This document shows, one piece after another, positions 49,491 to 60,250 of a stretch of 64,000 bases of DNA (positions are counted from its first letter, which is position 1; the number at the start of each line of letters is the position of its first letter). The translations under genes and the position numbers were made by a program. A model generated the notes under the pieces. The model saw only the letters and a list, made by a program, of their open reading frames with translations, was not told where the DNA came from and ran no database searches. Origin of the DNA: Batkoa obscura (taxonomy: Eukaryota); the NCBI GenBank assembly GCA_030770535.1, contig JASVEC010000003.1:682001-746000 (forward strand), written 5' to 3'.

Positions 49491-50082
49491 TCAGTTCTCC
49501 AACTATTACTTCATATTTATTGCAACCTTGATCTAAAACAGTAATTTCAGTTTAAGTAGCCATGTTTGAAAGATAAGCTTTTATAAAAGGAACAAAAGTG
49601 ACGCTAACTCTATTAAGTAACTTTAATAGGATGGATTATCTTTTTTGATAAAAGGAAGTAAAAAATCAAGTTCTAATTAATTAGTCTTATTAAATAGTTT
49701 AGAACTAGCTGGTTAGCTCTAAGTAACAAAAATGTGGGTTATTTTGTGGTTTTATATCAAATTTCTCTAAAACTGAATTGCCTGCCCAAAATTAAAGTGA
49801 ATTTTAAAAAAGTAAACTTTTTATCAACCAATAAATAACAATTTTAACAGTAATGAAAAGCATGGTATTAGGGAATGGTAGTGATTTATATTAGTTAAAT
49901 TATACGTTGGAAAAAAATAAAACGCTAGTAATTTTTTAAGAATAAAAAGATAAAAATGAATTTTAATCTTTTTTTAAAGTTTCTTAAAATTTGGAGTTGT
50001 CTTATCATTAACCCCTTGACCCCTAGTCACTATTATTATTATTACCTAGTTCTACTTTTTTTTCAATTTAATTGCTATTACT

Positions 50083-52506
50083 ATGGATGCAACTTTTTCG
50101 TCAAATCCTGAAGACTTTGAAGTCATCAAGCCAATAGGTAATCAGTTCTCTAACTAAATCTAGCATTATTTTATTTTACTTTATTAAGGTTATGGTTCCT
50201 CTGCTACAGTATATTTAGGCTTATATAAACCAAGGAATTTAAAAGTAGCCGTGAAAGTAATTGATATGGATATGTTCGAAAGGAATCAGATTGATGAGCT
50301 TAGAGTATTAATTTCTTTATTCAACACAACGGATAGTTAATTTAATTTTATAGAGGGAAACCCAAGTAATGTCTTTATGTAAACACCCAAACTTACTGCC
50401 TGTAAATTGCTCGTATGTGATAGAATCAAAATTATACATTATTACTCCCTATCTGGCTTCTGGGGCTTGCTTAGATATATTAAAATACAAATATCCTGAA
50501 GGTTTAGAAGAAATTTACATAGCCTCAATACTTAAACAAGCATTAATGGGATTGGAGTATTTACATAAAAATGGCCATATTCATCGGGATATTAAAGCTG
50601 GTAATCTACTGATTGATCCATCAGGGGTAGTACTATTAGCGGATTTTGGAGTATCATCGTCCTTAAGTGATCATTTTGACCGTAAAAAGTTAAGAAAAAC
50701 GTTTGTTGGTACTCCTTGTTGGATGGCACCAGAAGTGATGGAACAAGTAAAATTAAATAGTCAAATTGTATAAATATAATATAACATAAATAGTCTGGTT
50801 ACGATCAAAAAGCAGATATCTGGTCATTTGGTATTACAGCCTTAGAATTAGCTAATGGACAAGCACCTTTAGCTAAATATCCTCCAATCAAAGTGGGTTT
50901 TTATCTTTAAACAATAATTTATCACTAAAATAATTAGGTGCTTATGATGACACTATCTAAAGATCCTCCTACATTAGATAGAGATAACAGTAAACATAAA
51001 TACAGCAAAGGATTCAAAGAGATGATTGATTCATGTTTAAATAAAGATCCAAGTAAAAGGTAATTTTAATGAAAGAGTATTTAGCTATCAACTAATACTC
51101 ATAATTATAGACCCACAGCAGAAAAGTTATTACAACATTCCTTTTTTAAACAAGTGAAAAAATATAATGGATTGACAGCTTTAATACAAGATATCCCAGC
51201 GATAGAAGATAGAGAAATTCAGCAAAGTACGTTTAATAATAAAGTTAAATAAATAATTTTAAACTATGTTTTAGAAACGGCAATGCCACTTAAATTGCCA
51301 GCCAAAGGAGAATCATGGAATTTTTCCCCAGTCCAAGAACATCAAACTCAAAACGGGAGTTATTTTGATAACAATTTAAAATCATCCGAGAAGAGAGATT
51401 CAAGCTTGCCACAATTAATTGAAGTGGCAACAAGCCCAGTCTTAAATCCGACGCAATCCATTAATATTATAAACAGTAATCAACCAATCACATCAGAAAA
51501 TACAAAAAAGAGTCGATTTGTATTAGATAATATTCAAATTGATAAAAATGAGAGTATCAATAGTGAGAATCCTCCTGATACTACTTTAAGTCAAGTGCGT
51601 AAAGGTAGATTTGCTTTGTCTGATGATACTCCCGAGTCAGCATCAAGTAATAAATACTACATAGTATAACATATAACATTAACTGATCAATCTAGCTAAT
51701 ATTATTTCACCTTATAATACTGATTTTGTTGGACAATTACCATTGAGTCGTGAAGCAAGTAAGTCAAGTAGATTTTCAATATCTTCAGAAGTAGAGGCTA
51801 CTAGTCCAGCAGAACCTAATAATGAACCTAGTAGAGTAGCTGGTACTTCATCATTTAGTAAAAGAGGAAGATTTCAACTTAGTAACGAAGCAGGAGGAGG
51901 TAAATCAATAAAGAGAATGACAACAATGATACTAATAATTATATGATGTTTATAGAAATAGTGAATACAAACAATAATGATGACAAAGAGGACAATGTTG
52001 ATCAATCTAATACATTAATGATGCATGCTAATCAATTGGATTTGATTGCTAAACAAAATGAAAAGCAAAGGAATCTACTAATTGAATTACATTCTAAACT
52101 TCAAAGTGGAAATTTATCTACACCTCAGCTTAAAAACATTGAAACTAATCTCAACGAGCAAAGTAAAGCTAATAGGTAATTATTAAAATACTTACAATGC
52201 ATAAGCTAATTTGGTCCTTATTTTGTAGTAAATTTGATGATTTTTTATCTGACTCAATGGTGATTTAATATAACAGCATTTATAATAGTATTAATTAATT
52301 TAATTTAGATTACCTTTCAACAATTAACTCAACAAATCTTACAGCAAAATCAACAGCTTAAAGTAGAAAATGAAAGATTGAATTTGAGGTTTGAAAAACT
52401 TAGTAATAACAATAACGAAAATTCGACTGTTTCTAAAGATGTCAGTATAGACGTTACTGCAACCATTGAGCGTGATTTGAATAATTTAAATTTAAATTCA
52501 AATTAA
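50083..52506 (+). CDS. STE20-family (GCK-VI, OSR1/SPAK/Fray-like) Ser/Thr kinase, multi-exon
   Basis: [76 protein letters not shown]-terminal coiled coil; stop 52504-52506. Confidence 0.92.
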
Positions 52507-52720
52507 ATAAATATTCAATTAAATTAATGATGCTTTTCAATTGTTAGTTCTTATGTATTATTATCTTATTAAAATCAAAATTAATATACCTTATGTGATG
52601 TTTATTTATTTTAACAATTTTGCACATACCAATTATTTAATAAAAATTTTGAACTATAATTAAACCTTCTGGATCAATGGGAGCTTTTTATTCACTTAGG
52701 TTTTAATATCTTATTTATTA

Positions 52721-52886
52721 CAGCTGTTGCAACTCTCTTGGGACCTAATAAACTACTCATTTGGATAAAAAAATTATTTCAAAATTCGGTTAAAGATAAG
52801 GACCAGGCTTTAAAAAAATTGGCTATATAAATGATTTAATTATAAAAACTATCACTAAAAATATCGCAAAAGAATTGCAACAGCTG
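52721..52886. mobile_element. Tc1/mariner(pogo)-type MITE, 166 bp (family C)
   Basis: TA|CAGCTGTTGCAACTCTCTTGGGA ... TCGCAAAAGAATTGCAACAGCTG|TA: 23-bp TIR (20/23 match) with TA on both sides. Confidence 0.78.
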
Positions 52887-52971
52887 TAAATCAATCAGTA
52901 AACTTAAAGTGTACTGAAAGTTTTAAATAATTAAAACTAAAAGTTGATAATAAAAAATAAATAAAGTATAT

Positions 52972-53069
52972 AGGGGTGTTTTTTTGGCTTCATCACTTTT
53001 TCTATCTTTTAAGCGCTATTTGAGCGGAAAAATTGTTAGTAAAATTGTTAGACAAAAAAATACATCCTC
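52972..53069 (-). mobile_element. MITE family A copy
   Basis: AGGGGTGTTTTTTTGG...AATACATCCTC, ATAT/ATAT flanks. Confidence 0.94.
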
Positions 53070-53467
53070 ATATTAATAAAAAAATTAAAATAAATAAAAG
53101 GTAAATATTATAAAATCTAATACTTAATAAGAAAGCTGTAAAAGCTTTTCAATCATTTATTTATAATAAATTAAAAAAATTTAATTTTAATAAAATCATA
53201 AATAAAAAATTAATAAACTAAAAAATAAAACAAGCTTATTAAAACTAAATATAACAAAAATCAAAAAAAAAGTTATTATATTAAAATTGTGAAATATCGC
53301 TTCATTAGCTCTAGGATTGATTATAATATAATAATTAATTCTGAATTCCTTATATAAATTTGCTGTGAGGATTGCTACCACCTGATCATGAAGAACTTAT
53401 TGCCCACGTTTTAATGTCCATATTTGGCAACTATAATAAGGAATAACTGTTATAATATTCCTTATAT

Positions 53468-53564
53468 GGGGATGTATTTTTTTGTTTAAGAATTTTACTA
53501 ACAATTTTTCCACTCAAATAGCGCTTAAAAAATGGAAAAAATAATGAAACCAAAAAACATCTCC
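53468..53564 (+). mobile_element. MITE family A copy
   Basis: GGGGATGTATTTT...AAAACATCTCC, ATAT/ATAT flanks. Confidence 0.95.
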
Positions 53565-54572
53565 ATATATAAAAAATGATAATAATTATAATTTTTTATT
53601 ATAATTACTAAATATAGGTATCAAAATATAGAAATGATATTTTTCATAATTAAAAAATAAAACTTTTTATAATAAACAAATTATATATAAATTAATAAAA
53701 TGATATTTTATATTTTTTTTATTATGATTTAATATAATAAATTTGTTATTTATTTATTAAAAACTATATAAAAAAAGTGCTTGTAAATATATTTTGATTC
53801 TTTTTAGCAAATACTTATACTGTAATTATAATAATAATAAAATATTTATCATTAAATTATTATAAAAACTTTTATAAAAGAATTTAAAGAAATAATATTA
53901 AATTTTATAAAGGAACTATTTTTATATAAAGCTATAAAAGCATGCTTTTTTAATTTTAAAAAAATATAAAATATTGTTTTACCAGCTTTATAATTAATTA
54001 TAGTACAATAACCACTTAAATTATTTATAAAACTAATTACAGTTTTACAATTAATTTAATTATAATTTATACAGTAGATTTAATTAGCTTTAAATAATTT
54101 TATTATTAAAAATTATTATATTCTTAAATTCAGATATAATTAATTTAAAGCTTTTTATTTAAATTTTTCATAAAAATTTTTGCCACTTATAAAAAATACT
54201 ATTTTTATATTTTTATATTTAGCAACTATAATAAAAAACAACTATTACCATGTTTTTTATATATAGCATTTTAATATAAATATTTTTTTTAAAATATGAT
54301 AACTTAAAGCTCTTTACTAAATTATTCCCTGACATTATACTTTTTAATGAAGTTATTAAATTTTCTAACATTTTATATAAATTTCATAATAACACTTTTT
54401 ATTTTATTTGTTTTATATAGTTTACAGCTTATTATGTGCTATTTTTATTAATTTAAGCCTATTTTAATTATATAATCTAATATTTTTTAGCTTATAGCTA
54501 ATTAATCAAGCAAAAACTGCTTTAATTTTAATTATTAAATACTAATTTTATAAAATTATTAATTAATAATAT

Positions 54573-54672
54573 GGGGATGTATTTATGTATTTAAGAATTT
54601 TACTAACAATCTTTCCGCTCAAATAGCGCTTAAAAAATGGAAAGAGTGATAAAACCAAAAAAAAACATCACC
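54573..54672 (+). mobile_element. MITE family A copy
   Basis: GGGGATGTATTTA...AAAACATCACC, ATAT/ATAT flanks. Confidence 0.95.
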
Positions 54673-55347
54673 ATATAGTTAATTTTATAATTCTATTACA
54701 TTACATTATATGATAGCCTATACAAAAACAAACAGTTTGTTGTATTTAAACTAATTTTTAAAATAAGCATAAATATCACTACCACTACTTTTAAATATTT
54801 AAATATTTTTGATATAACTAATATAGAAACAAAAACTATAAGTACTTTGATTATAATTATAGTTTTTTATAAAAAAAGTATAATATCAATTTTAAAAAAT
54901 ACTCAAACTGTCGGCTTGTATCAATAATTGCTTATTTAAAACTTTTGTCACATTGTTATTTTACATTTTTTTATAGCTATGCTATATTATTTTATTTTCT
55001 ACAATTAATTTTATTTCTCTTAGCTTAAAAATGAGTTGCTTTCTTTTATTGCTGTAACTATTTCATTTTTTATTGACAAATACCATAATACTTTTTAAGG
55101 ATTAAGTTTTGCAACCACCAAACCCAAATAACATTAATGTTTATGATTTTAACTATATAATATGTTATAATAAATCTAAATAGCTTCACTGTCAATATTA
55201 AAAATAGATAAATTGGCTGCGAGTGGTTTTCGCAGTTATGGTTTCATTACTACGTAAAACCATGTAATAACCTACCTAATAAATTATACACGCAGCTATC
55301 CGACCATTATAAAAGCTCTAAAAATACTCTAAAAAATCGTTAAGAAA

Positions 55348-58300
55348 ATGGAAGCAATTAACGGTTTATCTATCCCTTTTAGTAATGATGAAATAGCAAT
55401 TAAAGTAGAAGTACCTGTGGAAAAAGTACTTGAGACTTTTGACCAAGGCGCTCATTCTCAGATTGAAAAGTATATCTTTATAGCTTTGGATAACAGTGGC
55501 AGCATGCATGGTGAGCCCTTTAAAGTAGCAAAAGAAGGAATCCTTCGATTATGCCAACAAAGCTATAACCAAGTGGACGGAATCTCTCTTTTTGTACATA
55601 ATCATGAGTGCAAAGAGTACCATTATCAATCTGGAGAGTTGTTTGGCCCATTTGAAACTATTATCTCAGGTTTAAGTGCTGGGGGTGGAAATACTTTTAA
55701 ATTGGTATTTGATCAGATGGGTAAAAAAATCCAAGCGCTTGGTCCAAACCCAAAGTCAGTGTCTATCCTTTTTTTCTCAGATGGTGCGGATTGTTATGAG
55801 TATACAGACAAATTAATTAATGATCCTAAGAGCTCTATGAATCAATTCAAGGATTTAGTCCAAAATCAAAGTAATTTGGTAGTTGATTTTCATTCTGTTG
55901 GGTTTACACAATATCATGATGCTATTTTACTTGGAAAGATGGCAGAGATAGGTCATGTAGATGGTTCTTTTCAATATGTTAAAGAAGCACAAGATATTGA
56001 AAAACCATTAGAAATATTAGCAGAAGTCATGTTACTAAATCGGATTCAATTTTATATTACTTTTAGTTCAAATTCGGAAGTTATTGACGTTAAACCAAAC
56101 TCTTCAAATGAAGCTTTAGTATTAATCAAAAAGGAACTAGATGATGAAGAGATGTGGCTGTCTATTAAAAGCAATGATAAAGACAGTAACAAAATAGATT
56201 TTCAAAAACTGTGTCCAATTAAATTGTCTCCATTTGAATATAGTAAAATAGATAATGCTAGTTATATTTTAGCACAGTGTGACATCTACGAGATACATAT
56301 TAAAAAGTTAGCTGATAAAGTGTTAAAATCGAATATTGAGCCATTATCAAAAGAAGAAATAGAGGTAGTAATAACTCAACTTGATGACTTAGAACAAAAA
56401 GTCAAATTGTTATATGAAAATATTGGTTCTCTTCTGGGTATGCAACGTAAAATAGCTAGACCGAGGGTATTAGTAACTAAAAGGTTAATTGATGGTCTTA
56501 AAGAAGGCGTTGCAAAAGTAAAAACTTCTACGTTATCCAATGATATGATAGCTTCATGGCAAGCACTTGCTAGTCAAAATATATTATTGCTAGGGAATAA
56601 AGCAAGAAAAGCAATCAGTAAAAGATCAATCAACAATGTCAATCCAATTGAAGAAAATGAAAATAAAATTGAACAAACAGTTGAGAATATTGATTTTGAA
56701 CAATTAAGAAGCAAAACGGGTAGTAAAATTTTAGATGAAACAACATGTCCTTTAACCCGCTCTAACTTTATTGAGGCCTTAGAAGAAGGGGATTGTATTG
56801 GTATTGGACTTCAAGTTAAACGTAGTGAGGCATGTGTATTTGATTCAAGTTTGTTACAAATTATAAATGTGGGTCCTACTTTTATGACTTGTGTTGGGTT
56901 TATGGATATACTCTCATTTAAAATTATTCAAGATGAGCAAGAGCAAATGCAACTTCATGGTGGTTTTGGAGGACAAGCTGAAAATGGTAGTGTAACCACA
57001 GGACTGGCTAATGAAACTATCAACGCGGTTATGCCACTATATTTAAATGAACAGCACTGGAAAATAGCATCAAGGAGAAGTAAAACAATGCTTTCATGGG
57101 CGGCTACTCTTTCGATTACTGGTGGACTTGGTAATGAAATTAAAATCATTCCATTTTTGGTGTTATCAAAATGTTTGGATATTATTTTTCAACAACCCAC
57201 AGAGCATAATTTATTTATTTTCAAATTGGTGTTAGATACATGTATGGCTATTTATAATACTCCATATACTACAAGTATCAAAGATGAAACTTTGGAAAAA
57301 TATAACTTTTTTGCTTCCCCGTCAAACAGAATGACTGATTCAATCCCTAACCAATCTTTATTTTTAGCCAAAGTGTTCTGTGCTATACACGCAGGGGACA
57401 TTGAGTATGATGATTTTGTTCAAAAGTTTGACTCTTTTTCTTATTTTATGTCTGAAGAAGTTATCCGTCGTAAGATAACTAAGATTGATTTTGAAGGTTT
57501 AGAATTGGATAATCATTTAAATTTATTTTCAATTGATAAAACCTCTGTTGTCAATGATAAAATGAGTAAATGGAAAGAAGAGTATAATGACAAAATGCAA
57601 AATTTATCAAAAGAAGGTCAAATTCGTTATAAAGAGATGTTTGAAAAGCAGCTTGAAGAGAAGAAAAATGAAGAAAATGATGTAAATATAAATATAAATG
57701 AAAACAATACTAACAGCAACAATGATATTGATATTCCTCTACCTCAATATGAATACAATATAAATGACATCAAATTCAACAAAGAGGCACTTGAATTTAT
57801 TGATAAGATCGAAAATGAAACACAAAGTGGATTGAAGTATATCTTGACTAAAATGAATCAATTGACATTAAATCCTACAGTCATTAACAGTAACAACTTG
57901 ATGGATGAGATAAAAAATATAATTAATAGTAATAATAGTGAAGAATCTATTTATAATACTCTGTCCAATGAACAAAAGTTTTCATTTTTTAACCAAAGCT
58001 ACTTAAATAAATCAAATGAAAGTAGAAGGAAACTGATTGAAGACAATATCAACGTCCAAACTTTAAATAGCGATATTAGTGCCTCAAAATCCTATATTAG
58101 ACACCTGGTTGAATCAGCTGTAAAAAAAGAATACTCTACTGAACGTAGTTTATATATTAAAAGCTTAGGCGATGTTGAAGACTTCAAACTTGGCCTCCAA
58201 TTTCTAAATACTCAAGAGCTTGATGAAGCGGCTGGTCTGCTAAAGTTTTCAGTCAAGTTCCGTTCAGTTAAAAAGTTTCATCAAATGATTATTGCACTTC

Positions 58301-58620
58301 AATCAAAGTTACCAGAGTTAGAATCCTTGTCCATGGATCAAATAGTAGAGCTTCAATTAAGTAAGTTTGAAATGCTGGTATCTGGAGAATATAAAGAGAT
58401 AGCATTATTTCATGATAAGTTTGGTACTGATATTGATCCTCACTATGGATTATCGTATAAAATTTGGACTCCATCAGATAGGAATATCTATCGATTTTTT
58501 AAGGTTTATGAGAAACTTGAAAAAGAAAAGCAAGTTACAGTTTTAAATCGATTTGGAAGAACTATTACTGTTAAAGAAGATTACTTGGGTAGAAGGGCTA
58601 AAGCAGATAAATTGATTTAA
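55348..58620 (+). CDS. VWA-domain protein of unknown function, 1090 aa, intronless
   Basis: N-terminal VWA with intact MIDAS (IALDNSGSM, GGGNT, FFSDG, HSVGF); the remaining ~850 aa are not recognised. Confidence 0.85.
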   Translation: MEAINGLSIPFSNDEIAIKVEVPVEKVLETFDQGAHSQIEKYIFIALDNSGSMHGEPFKVAKEGILRLCQQSYNQVDGISLFVHNHECKEYHYQSGELFGPFETIISGLSAGGGNTFKLVFDQMGKKIQALGPNPKSVSILFFSDGADCYEYTDKLINDPKSSMNQFKDLVQNQSNLVVDFHSVGFTQYHDAILLGKMAEIGHVDGSFQYVKEAQDIEKPLEILAEVMLLNRIQFYITFSSNSEVIDVKPNSSNEALVLIKKELDDEEMWLSIKSNDKDSNKIDFQKLCPIKLSPFEYSKIDNASYILAQCDIYEIHIKKLADKVLKSNIEPLSKEEIEVVITQLDDLEQKVKLLYENIGSLLGMQRKIARPRVLVTKRLIDGLKEGVAKVKTSTLSNDMIASWQALASQNILLLGNKARKAISKRSINNVNPIEENENKIEQTVENIDFEQLRSKTGSKILDETTCPLTRSNFIEALEEGDCIGIGLQVKRSEACVFDSSLLQIINVGPTFMTCVGFMDILSFKIIQDEQEQMQLHGGFGGQAENGSVTTGLANETINAVMPLYLNEQHWKIASRRSKTMLSWAATLSITGGLGNEIKIIPFLVLSKCLDIIFQQPTEHNLFIFKLVLDTCMAIYNTPYTTSIKDETLEKYNFFASPSNRMTDSIPNQSLFLAKVFCAIHAGDIEYDDFVQKFDSFSYFMSEEVIRRKITKIDFEGLELDNHLNLFSIDKTSVVNDKMSKWKEEYNDKMQNLSKEGQIRYKEMFEKQLEEKKNEENDVNININENNTNSNNDIDIPLPQYEYNINDIKFNKEALEFIDKIENETQSGLKYILTKMNQLTLNPTVINSNNLMDEIKNIINSNNSEESIYNTLSNEQKFSFFNQSYLNKSNESRRKLIEDNINVQTLNSDISASKSYIRHLVESAVKKEYSTERSLYIKSLGDVEDFKLGLQFLNTQELDEAAGLLKFSVKFRSVKKFHQMIIALQSKLPELESLSMDQIVELQLSKFEMLVSGEYKEIALFHDKFGTDIDPHYGLSYKIWTPSDRNIYRFFKVYEKLEKEKQVTVLNRFGRTITVKEDYLGRRAKADKLI

Positions 58621-58674
58621 TTTAATTTTAATAAAAGATTGCTTTTTAATTAGTGTAATTTTGTAACACGATAT

Positions 58675-58773
58675 GAGGATGTGTTTTTTATGTTTAAGAA
58701 TTTTACTAACAATCTTTCGACTCAAATAGCGCTTAAAAAATGGAAAAAATAACGAAGCTAAAAAAACACCTCC
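58675..58773 (+). mobile_element. MITE family A copy (just downstream of the VWA stop)
   Basis: GAGGATGTGTTTT...AAAACACCTCC, ATAT/ATAT flanks. Confidence 0.94.
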
Positions 58774-60250
58774 ATATAGTGTTGTGGAATATATGTTGAT
58801 ATTATTTGTTTTTACTAACAATTTATTAAACATGCAAACTATTGGGAAATATGAAAAATAGGTAAAACAAACACAGATCTTTAATTTTTTAATATGTAGT
58901 TGACATGTGTAGGTCCAAAAACCTAGATTAAAGTAAATATCCTCTTTTTTGGAAAATCCGTGCCTGGAGCAGTGTTTTTCGAATAATCAACAGTTACCAA
59001 AGATATTTTTAGAAGAGAGTAGGTAGTTAGGTTAGAAGGAAGGCAAGTTATTTACATTAGTTAATATGGATGGACCAAATAAGCCATCAGCCAGAAATTC
59101 TTTCACAGCTTTCAAATGACTAGGTCTAAAGTGGACAAGAAAGAGTTTTTACCAGATAAGCTTTAGATTTAGACAAAATGTGGGAACCCTGAATCAAATT
59201 CTGATTTGAAGATTAATTTACAGTATTATTTATCAGTGATTCAGATAACCAAGACGGACTAAAGGCTTTTTGAAGCTTAAATAAAGTCTAAAGTTACGAA
59301 AGTTATGTGTTAATTCCAAAATAAGCAAAAAGAAACATTTCTTATAGTATTTACCTTTATAAAAAAAAATACAATAAATCAATACTAGAAAAACAATTAA
59401 TTCTATATATTTATAAAATGTATTTTTTCAGGATATAAGAAGTCACCTGTTTTAATATTATTTGAATGTTTTTTAATTTATTTTTCAATGATGTCAATTT
59501 TTTTGAATTATATATGAAGTTAATGGCTATTTATTGAAAAGTAATACTTAAATATAAAAATAGTAAACAATAATTGCCCACTTCTTTATGTAAACAAATT
59601 CATACTAGTTTTGTTTATTGATTTAAATTAAATGGCTTCATTTCGTTACTATTTTATAGTGTCAAAAAAATTAATACTGAACTAAAGGGATAATAAATTA
59701 TATTTATAATTTCTAATATCTACAAATAAGCTAGTTTAATTACACATTGCAGTATCCTTTTTAAAAAAAGGATAATTAGAACAATTGTAAAAATAACAGG
59801 AAGAGATTGTAAAAGTTGTTGCACACCCTTTTATTTCATTTGAGTTGAGTTAAAAGTTAAAATTAGTTTAATTAAAAAATAAAGTTAAATCAAATAGGAT
59901 TGTAATATAAGAATAAGGGAGCATCAAATGGGGATGGAGATGTTGAGGTGGAGAGCAAATAAGAGATTAAAGATGATTGGGTAGAAATTTATATCTAATT
60001 CATTGGTAAATTCAAATTCAAGTAAGAATTTCCAAGAAATTGTGTTTAAATGAGTTGTAAAAACCATTAATAGGTTAAATTAGTTAAAGTTTGGATAATA
60101 AAAATAAAAGCGTTGATATAAAAAATTCGAGTTTGTTATTTATTGTTTATTTTTATTTTTGTTGTAATTGTTAATTGATAATTTCGTTTTGTGTATTATT
60201 TTAATTGAAGACAGAGATTGTTTGTGTATTAGTATAAGTTATAAAGAGAT

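Noticed and set aside
237..58773. Family A repeats as a CRISPR array or SINE
   Set aside because: They are dispersed in both orientations with TIRs and 4-bp TSDs; there are no spacers, Pol III boxes or poly-A tails.
58890..59300. Compositionally distinct stretch downstream of the VWA gene, possible TE fragment
   Set aside because: I could not find TIRs, a TSD or a translatable motif.
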